From positions 131,868 through 195,867 of the forward strand of contig CAVTVR010000011.1 in NCBI GenBank assembly GCA_963738225.1: a stretch of DNA of 64,000 nt, written 5' to 3'. This DNA is from an uncultured Verrucomicrobiae bacterium (GTDB taxonomy: Bacteria > Verrucomicrobiota > Verrucomicrobiia > Limisphaerales > UBA11358). The notes beneath the pieces are model-generated. The model was not told where the DNA came from and ran no database searches. It worked only from the letters and a program-made list of their open reading frames with translations. The position numbers and the translations under genes are program-made. Below are positions 57,482 through 64,000 of the stretch, piece after piece (the stretch's first letter is position 1; each line of letters starts with the position of its first letter).

Positions 57482-58395
57482 GACTTCACCTCGATGGATT
57501 CTTCCTTCAACTCGCCCTTGCGAATGGGCGTGGTGCGCCAGCCGGTCATGCTGCGTGGGACGTTCAAATCTTCCGGCTCGATGTCCGGCAAAATCAATTT
57601 CCGTGTGAACGACGATTTCGCGCGGCCGCCAGTGCCGAGCAGATAGCCGATCACCTCTTTGCGAATTTCCTTGAAGCGCGGATCGTGGTTCAGCTCCTTG
57701 CGATTGCGCGGACGCTCGATGTCCACTTTCACTTCCGGACCGAGCGTCGCGCGCGGGCCGGCGCTCAAGGGAATGATGCGGTCCGCCAGCAAAATGCCTT
57801 CGTCCACGTCATTCGTAATCAGCACGACGGTCTTGCGGTCGGATTCCCAGATGCGCTCAATTTCGTCCTGCAACGTCGCGCGCGTCAGCGCGTCGAGCGC
57901 GGACAGCGGCTCGTCGAGCAGCAGGATGCGTGGATTCATCGCCAGTGCGCGGGCGACGCTCACGCGCTGCCTCATGCCGCCAGAAAGCTCGCGCGGTTTT
58001 TTGTCGCGCGCCGGCGTGAGGTTGACCATCGCGATGAATTTCTCAATGTGTTCGGCGCGTTTTTCTTTGGGCCAGCCGGAAAAAATTTCATCCACGGCCA
58101 GTGCGATGTTTTCATAGACGCTCAACCACGGAAGCAGCGAATAATTTTGAAAAACAATGGCGCGGTCGGGCGAAGGTTCCTTCACTTCCTCGCCGCGCAA
58201 GGTGACGCTGCCGGTGTCCGGCCGTTGCAACCCGGCGATCAGCGACATCAGCGTGGTTTTGCCCGCGCCGGAATAGCCGACAATGGCCACGAACTCGCCC
58301 TCGGCAATTTTCAAGTTGAGGTCGTGCAGCACCTCGACGCGCTTGACGCCGATGCCGTAACCTTTGCTGACGTTTTGGAGTTCGAGAAAGGCCAT
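57478..58395 (-). CDS. nrtC: Nitrate ABC transporter ATPase (short NrtC type)
   Basis: [35 protein letters not shown]. Confidence 0.88.
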   Translation of the reverse strand: MAFLELQNVSKGYGIGVKRVEVLHDLNLKIAEGEFVAIVGYSGAGKTTLMSLIAGLQRPDTGSVTLRGEEVKEPSPDRAIVFQNYSLLPWLSVYENIALAVDEIFSGWPKEKRAEHIEKFIAMVNLTPARDKKPRELSGGMRQRVSVARALAMNPRILLLDEPLSALDALTRATLQDEIERIWESDRKTVVLITNDVDEGILLADRIIPLSAGPRATLGPEVKVDIERPRNRKELNHDPRFKEIRKEVIGYLLGTGGRAKSSFTRKLILPDIEPEDLNVPRSMTGWRTTPIRKGELKEESIEVKS

Positions 58396-58397
58396 AT

Positions 58398-59415
58398 TCA
58401 GCGGATGACGGCGTTGTCAAAACTCACGGCGCGCTGCAAAATCATCATGATGCGATCCAGGATGAAGCCGATGATGCCGATGGTGAACACGGCCACCATG
58501 ATTTGCGCGAGCGTGTCGCTGCTGCCGTTTTGGAACATGTCCCAGACGAATTTTCCGAGACCGGGATTTTGCGCGAGCATTTCCGCCGCGATCAGCACCA
58601 TCCAGCCGACGCCCAGCGACAATCGCAGGCCGGTGAAAATGAGCGGCAACGCGGACGGAATGACGATCTTGCGTAATTTTTTTCCACCAACCCAACTTGA
58701 GAACGCGCGCGACGTTGAGATAATCGTTGTCAATCTGCGCCACGCCGAGCGACGTGTTGATGAGCGCCGGCCAGAGCGAACAGAGAGCCACGGTGAACGC
58801 CGAGCTGATGAACGATTTCTCGAACATCGGGTCTTTCGGGTTGTAAAGCGCGCTGACCATGATCATCACGATGGGTAGCCAAGCGAGCGGCGACACCGGC
58901 TTGAACAACTGGATGAACGGGTTCATCGCGTTGTTGACCACCTTGCTCAAGCCGCAGACGATGCCCAGCGGCACGGCGATGAACGCGGCGATGAGGAAGC
59001 CGGCGAAGACTGTTTTTAAGCTGGTGAAAATCTGGTCAACGTAAGTCGGCGCGCCGGAGTATTTGCGTTCGTGCCATTCGCCGCCGGGATTTTGCGCGAG
59101 AAATGCTTTTTTCTTTTCCGCCTGCTTCACATAAAACTCCGCTTCTGCGGCGCGGTCGGCACGGTAGCCGTCCCACATGACTTCCGCCTGCGCCCAGACC
59201 GCTGCCGGGCCAGGCACGGAACCGAAGCTGACCTTCACATGACCGGCCACCCAGCTCCATGCGCCAAGAAAGACCAGCATCGCCATCACCGGCACGCCAA
59301 TGTTCAACAGGATTTGGCGGAACTGCTCGTTCGGGTTCTCGCGCCGCAGGAGCCGGAGGAACGGCACGAACCAGTTCAACCCGACATTTTCACAAGTTTG
59401 GATCAAAGCACTCAT
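58398..59415 (-). CDS. nrtB: Nitrate ABC transporter permease (frameshift ~58685)
   Basis: [21 protein letters not shown]. Confidence 0.9.
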
Positions 59416-59436
59416 TTAATTTACAACTGCAACAGA

Positions 59437-60822
59437 TTAATTTTTCAGGCCGATGGTGAACTTGTTGATGTAGGCGTTGGGCTGGTGCGCGTCGAATTCG
59501 ATGCCGTCTATGAAATCGGCGGTCGCAGGCTTGTAGCCGTCGGTCTTCGGCACTTCATCCGCCGTGAGTTTTCCTTCCTTGACCAGCGCGGCGGCGGCGG
59601 CGAGATAGATGTCAGGGCGATAAACTTTTTTCGCCGTTTCCTCATACCACGCATCCGGCTTGGCCTCGGAAATCTGGCCCCAGCGGCGCATCTGCGTCAG
59701 AAACCAGACGCAATCGCTGTAATACGGATAGGTCGCGTTGTAGCGGAAAAACACGTTGAAGTCCGGCACCTCGCGCTTGTCGCCGTTAAAATATTCCCAG
59801 GTGCCGGTCATCGAATTGGCGATGACCTTGTAATCGGCGCCGACGTATTGCGGCATTGAGAGAATTTTGCAGGCTTCCTTGCGGTTCTCTGGGCTGGCGT
59901 CCAGCCATTGGCCGGCGCGGATGAGTGCCTTGATCACGGCGAGGTGCGTTTTGGGATTTTTCGCGGCCCAAGCGGCGGTGACGCCGAAAACTTTTTCCGG
60001 ATTGTTTTTCCAGACTTCATAGTCGGTCACCACCGGAACACCAATGCCCTTGAACACGGCTTGCTGATTCCACGGTTCGCCCACGCAGTAACCCTGAATT
60101 GTGCCCTGTGCCATCGTCGCCGGCATCTGCGGCGGCGGCGTCACGGAAATCAGCACGTCGCCATCGCTCGTGCCACTGATGTCCGTCGGCGTGTAGTAAC
60201 CGGGCTTGATGCCACCGGCGGCCAGCCAGTAGCGCAGGTAGTAATTGTGCGTTGAAACCGGAAACACCATGCCCAGTTTCAGCGGCGTGCCGTCTGATTT
60301 ATATTTTTGCACAATCGGTTTCAACGTGTCGGCTTTGACCGGACGCGAAATTTTGTCGCCGTTCAACGCCGGATTGGCCGCCTGCATCTGCGCCCAAATG
60401 TCTTTTGAGACGGTGATGCCGTTGCCGTTCAAATCCATGCTGAATGCCGTGATGATGTCGGCCTTCGTGCCGAAGCCAATCGTCGCGGCAATCGGCTGGC
60501 CGGCGAGCATGTGCGCGCCGTCGAGTTCGCCGGAGATCACGCGGTCCAAAAGAATTTTCCAGTTCGCCTGCGCCTCCAGCGTGACATCAAGACCTTCGTC
60601 ATCGAAAAATCCCTTTTCCTTGGCGATGACCAGCGGCGCGCAGTCCGTCAATTTGATGAAGCCGAATTTGAGTTCGGTCTTCTCCAAGTCCGCCGCGCTG
60701 ATGGCCACGGGCCGCCACAGCACCGCGCAGGCAAACGCGCCGAGGATGGCGGTCTTGAAAAAATGGCGGCGACTGGTTCCGGTTGCGATCGAAGCTGGAT
60801 TGAATTTAAAAAAATAATTCAT
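59437..60822 (-). CDS. nrtA: Nitrate ABC substrate-binding protein (Tat signal)
   Basis: [31 protein letters not shown]. Confidence 0.92.
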   Translation of the reverse strand: MNYFFKFNPASIATGTSRRHFFKTAILGAFACAVLWRPVAISAADLEKTELKFGFIKLTDCAPLVIAKEKGFFDDEGLDVTLEAQANWKILLDRVISGELDGAHMLAGQPIAATIGFGTKADIITAFSMDLNGNGITVSKDIWAQMQAANPALNGDKISRPVKADTLKPIVQKYKSDGTPLKLGMVFPVSTHNYYLRYWLAAGGIKPGYYTPTDISGTSDGDVLISVTPPPQMPATMAQGTIQGYCVGEPWNQQAVFKGIGVPVVTDYEVWKNNPEKVFGVTAAWAAKNPKTHLAVIKALIRAGQWLDASPENRKEACKILSMPQYVGADYKVIANSMTGTWEYFNGDKREVPDFNVFFRYNATYPYYSDCVWFLTQMRRWGQISEAKPDAWYEETAKKVYRPDIYLAAAAALVKEGKLTADEVPKTDGYKPATADFIDGIEFDAHQPNAYINKFTIGLKN

Positions 60823-60868
60823 GGGCAGGGTTGTTGAGCGATGATTTGGTTTGAACCGGGTTGAGAAA

Positions 60869-61738
60869 TCAGGATTGAGCCAGTCCCGCAATGGGCGCGG
60901 CCTCCGTCGTGGTTCCCGTCGTGGTTTCCACAACTGCAACAGCGGTTTTCTCCGCTTCCGGACGATAGGTCCAGTAGAGGAACAGGCCGGTGAACAGAAA
61001 TCCGCCAATCAAGTTGCCGATGGTCACTGGAATCTGATTCCACAGCCACCAGTCGGCGAGCGAGACTTTCGCGCCGAGCATCATGCCGGTGGGAATGACG
61101 AACATGTTGACCACCGAGTGCTCAAAACCCTGCGCGAAAAACGTCAGGATCGGCAGCCACATGGCGACGACTTTGCCGACGGTGGACTGCGAGGTCATCG
61201 CCATGACCAGGCCGAGGCAGACCATCCAGTTGCAAAGAATGGCCTTGGCCACAACCGTCACCATGCCGGCGAAACCATGCGCCGCGTAGCCGTGCGTCTT
61301 GGCCTCGGCGGCGGCCATGATTTTGAGCGCGATGCCCGAAGGCGCTTCGCTGCCGGCGCTGGTCAGCACCGCGTAAAGCAGCACAGCGTAAATCAGACTG
61401 CCGAGCAGGTTGCCGACAAACACCCAGAACAGGTTGGCCAAAACCACCGGCCATTGCTGGCGCCCATCCACGCCCGCGAGCATCACCACGGCGAAACTGC
61501 CGGTGACCAGTTCCAGGCCGAGCAGCACGATCATCACAAAGCCGACCGGAAAAATCAGCGCGCCGACCAACGGCACGCCCGTCTGCCCGGCGGCGGTAAA
61601 GGCCAGGCTCGTGGCGAAGCCCAGCAAGGCGCCGGATAAAATGCCGCGCAGCAGCAGGTCTTTTACGGGCAGTCCCGCCTTGGTGTTGCCGGACGCCAGC
61701 ATGGTTTTAACGACTTCAATGGGTTTGACGTAGTCCAT
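60869..61738 (-). CDS. Formate/nitrite transporter (NirC/FocA family)
   Basis: [37 protein letters not shown]. Confidence 0.92.
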   Translation of the reverse strand: MDYVKPIEVVKTMLASGNTKAGLPVKDLLLRGILSGALLGFATSLAFTAAGQTGVPLVGALIFPVGFVMIVLLGLELVTGSFAVVMLAGVDGRQQWPVVLANLFWVFVGNLLGSLIYAVLLYAVLTSAGSEAPSGIALKIMAAAEAKTHGYAAHGFAGMVTVVAKAILCNWMVCLGLVMAMTSQSTVGKVVAMWLPILTFFAQGFEHSVVNMFVIPTGMMLGAKVSLADWWLWNQIPVTIGNLIGGFLFTGLFLYWTYRPEAEKTAVAVVETTTGTTTEAAPIAGLAQS

Positions 61739-61781
61739 AATTTTTTGGTTTGGTTGGTTGGTTGTTTGTTTGGTTGGTTGG
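61739..61781 (-). repeat. (CAAC/CAAA)n low-complexity leader before the FNT start
   Basis: Minus strand reads CCAACCAACCAAACAAACAACCAACCAACCAAACCAAAAAATT-ATG. Confidence 0.8.
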
Positions 61782-61791
61782 AAATTTTGAT

Positions 61792-62943
61792 TCACGCCAG
61801 CGCGGGCCGGCAAAACAATGACAGTCCCGCCGGACGACGCGGTGAACTGCGGTTGGTGTTTCCGACCGGATTCGGTTTAATTTCCGCGCCGCGCAATTTG
61901 ACGGCCTGGTCGAAAATGTCGGCGCGGAAAATTTTGCGGCCCAGCGCAAAATTGATGGCGGACGGGTTCGGACAAAGCCCGCTGTCGCGGACCAGGTTGA
62001 AGACCCACGCCGCCTTGTCGCCGCCGGGTTCATTGGCGTTGTCGCGATGAAAAATACAGAAATCATTCACCGTGCGTTCGCGGTCGTGGCCAAAATCCAT
62101 TTCGCCGGCAATGCCGTGGCGCAGGTTGAATTCGGGAACGCCGACGAATTCCGGCCGCGCCAGCGTTTCGACAACCATCCCGTGATTTTCCGGCTGGTCG
62201 CAAAATTCGCACGCCTCCAGCAGCGCGGCAATGAGCGCGACATGTTCGTCATTTCGCTTCGCGGCGAAATCGGAACGCACCATCAAAACTTTTTCGGGAT
62301 GCTGCGAATCCAGTTCCGAACTTGTCGCCGCAATCCAGCCAACGCGCGATTGCACGGCCACGGAGTTCCACGGCTCGCCGACGCAGTAGCCGTCGAGGTG
62401 CCCGGCTTTCAAATTGGCCGCCATTTGCGGCGGCGGCACGACGACGATGCGCACGTCGCGTTCCGAATCAATGCCGTGTGCCGCAAACCAGCGCCGCAAC
62501 AGATGCCGGTGCGACGAAAACGGAAACACCACGCCGAACGCGTAAATCTTCTCGCGCCGCGAGCGGACAATTTCCTCGCGCAAGGTTTTTCCGTCGCGCA
62601 CGCCGCGCTTCCATAAATCGTTCGAGAGCGTGATGGCGTTGCCGTTGAGGTTCAATACGAGCGCCGTCAGGCAATCACAGGCGATCGAGCCGAGGCCGAG
62701 CGTGGCGGCGACGGGCATCGCGGCGAGCGCGTGTGCGGCATCCAGTTCGCCGTGGATGATTTTGTCGCGGATCGTCGCCCAGCCGAGTTCGCGGCTCAAC
62801 TCAACGCGCAGACCGAATTTTTTGAACAGGCCAAGCTCCTGCGCCATCACGAGCGGCGCGCAATCCGTCAGCGGCACGAAGCCAAGCCGCAGCGCCGGCC
62901 AGCCGCCGCCCAAGTTTCTGTCTGCTTGTATTGTTTTGTTCAT
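61792..62943 (-). CDS. NasS-like cytoplasmic nitrate-binding protein (NrtA/CmpA fold, no signal peptide)
   Basis: LRLGFVPLTDCAPL, WATIRD, HRHLLRRW, VPPPQM, CVGEPWN, HPEKVL; no N-terminal export signal. Confidence 0.85.
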   Translation of the reverse strand: MNKTIQADRNLGGGWPALRLGFVPLTDCAPLVMAQELGLFKKFGLRVELSRELGWATIRDKIIHGELDAAHALAAMPVAATLGLGSIACDCLTALVLNLNGNAITLSNDLWKRGVRDGKTLREEIVRSRREKIYAFGVVFPFSSHRHLLRRWFAAHGIDSERDVRIVVVPPPQMAANLKAGHLDGYCVGEPWNSVAVQSRVGWIAATSSELDSQHPEKVLMVRSDFAAKRNDEHVALIAALLEACEFCDQPENHGMVVETLARPEFVGVPEFNLRHGIAGEMDFGHDRERTVNDFCIFHRDNANEPGGDKAAWVFNLVRDSGLCPNPSAINFALGRKIFRADIFDQAVKLRGAEIKPNPVGNTNRSSPRRPAGLSLFCRPALA

Positions 62944-63043
62944 TTCAAGGCGGAATCACCGCCGCTGCATTGTTCTAAGCTATGCAGATGCCATGATTCA
63001 ACTTTTGGCGCGATGAATGCTCCGCAAAATGCAGATGGAAACC

Positions 63044-63058
63044 ATGACTAGGATTCAT
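63044..63058. promoter_or_regulatory. LysR-type dyad (T-N11-A) binding site
   Basis: ATGA-CTAGGAT-TCAT directly before the LysR ATG in the divergent intergenic region. Confidence 0.6.
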
Positions 63059-63060
63059 AT

Positions 63061-63966
63061 ATGAGCCAGCCGCTTGACAGCCGGCAGTTGCGCGCGTTCA
63101 GCGTGCTGGCGCGCACGGGCAGCTTCACGCAGACCGCGCGCGAGCTGCACATCACTCAATCGGGCATCAGCCACTCGATGAAGGCGTTGGAAACTGATAT
63201 TGGCTGTCGTCTTTTGGACAGGTTGGGCAAAAAGGTTGTCCTCACGCAGGCGGGCGAACAACTCTTGCATCACTCGAAAAAAATTTTGCAGGAAATGGAC
63301 CGCGCGCGAGAGACGCTCGGGCATCTGGGCAAATGGGGCAAAGGAAGATTGCGGATCGGCGCAAGCACGACGGCGTGCCAGCACATCATCCCGCCGGTGC
63401 TGCGCGAGTTCAAAGAAAGTTTTCCCGAACACACCATCACCATCGAGCCGGGTGACACGCCGGAACTGTTTGATGCGTTGCTGCACCAGCGGATTGACCT
63501 CGCGCTTTCGCTGGCCGGCAACGAGCCGCAACTGGACTTTCATCCGCTGTTCACGGACGAACTGCATTTCATCGTGGCCCCGCTGCATCCCTGGGCGAAG
63601 GCTAGGCATGTTGAACGCGCCGAAATTCCGCGCCAGAATTACATCCTCTACAACAAGCGCAGCGTCACTTTCCGGCTGATCGAGGACTATTTCCGCCGCG
63701 AGCAAATGGTGCTGAACACGGTGATCGAACTGGGCAGCATGGAGGCGACCAAGGAACTGGTAAAACTCGGCATCGGCGTAAGCATCCTCGCGCCGTGGGT
63801 TGCCAAAAAGGAAATCGGGGACGGCTCGCTCGTGGCGTTGCCGCTGGGCCGGCGCAAACTGCAACGCCGCTGGGGCATCTTGCATTGGCGCGGCAAACGG
63901 CTGAACCTCGCGGAGGAAACCTTCATCGGCCTGTGCGAATCCGCTTCTGTTTCACTGCGTAGTTAA
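63061..63966 (+). CDS. LysR-family regulator (CysL/CmpR/NtcB-like)
   Basis: SFT.TA.EL.ITQS.IS...K.LE...G..L.DR, LRIGASTT, ELGS.EA.K.LV..G.GVS.L. Confidence 0.95.
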   Translation: MSQPLDSRQLRAFSVLARTGSFTQTARELHITQSGISHSMKALETDIGCRLLDRLGKKVVLTQAGEQLLHHSKKILQEMDRARETLGHLGKWGKGRLRIGASTTACQHIIPPVLREFKESFPEHTITIEPGDTPELFDALLHQRIDLALSLAGNEPQLDFHPLFTDELHFIVAPLHPWAKARHVERAEIPRQNYILYNKRSVTFRLIEDYFRREQMVLNTVIELGSMEATKELVKLGIGVSILAPWVAKKEIGDGSLVALPLGRRKLQRRWGILHWRGKRLNLAEETFIGLCESASVSLRS

Positions 63967-64000
63967 AGACCTCTGCAAAACTCATTCAATAGCTCATCCG

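Noticed and set aside
44374-63966. Nitrate/Moco operon as an island integrated at tRNA-Arg
   Set aside because: Codon usage is host-like, and there is no integrase or tRNA 3' duplication in the window.

Overview
GC-rich bacterial chromosome window. Gene families, repeat families and secreted-protein C-termini point to Verrucomicrobiota (Pedosphaerales/Limisphaerales-like); this is an inference. Many genes are broken by single-base indels that look like long-read assembly errors. In order, the window holds: a GH43-GH16 fusion; surface-glycan genes (GT4, GT2s, rmlD/rmlC-like, sugar C-methyltransferase, YfhO-like); a ~2250-aa FG-GAP/RCC1/Ig/LamG secreted protein with an apparently exact 1034-bp internal duplication; TonB-ExbBD; a PocR-AraC/PAS kinase/NarL regulator set; an acetate-CoA ligase-GNAT; a POT transporter; a repeat-rich hotspot (34.3-40 kb); pyrH, mutM, three tRNAs and two TA modules; and a full assimilatory nitrate/nitrite plus Moco operon with a NasS-like sensor and a divergent LysR. 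Three highlights. (1) A complete IS110 element sits precisely inside a GTAG-type REP, and its CT core, bridge-RNA target and donor guides and circle-junction promoter can all be read from the sequence. (2) Two independent loci have a ~21-bp phased degenerate array upstream of an unknown helical-protein gene, followed by a modular secreted protein. (3) A shared F[TS]xxQ[RK]x[WYF][LI] helix motif tags nitrate reductase, nitrite reductase and a CysJ-like diflavin reductase.
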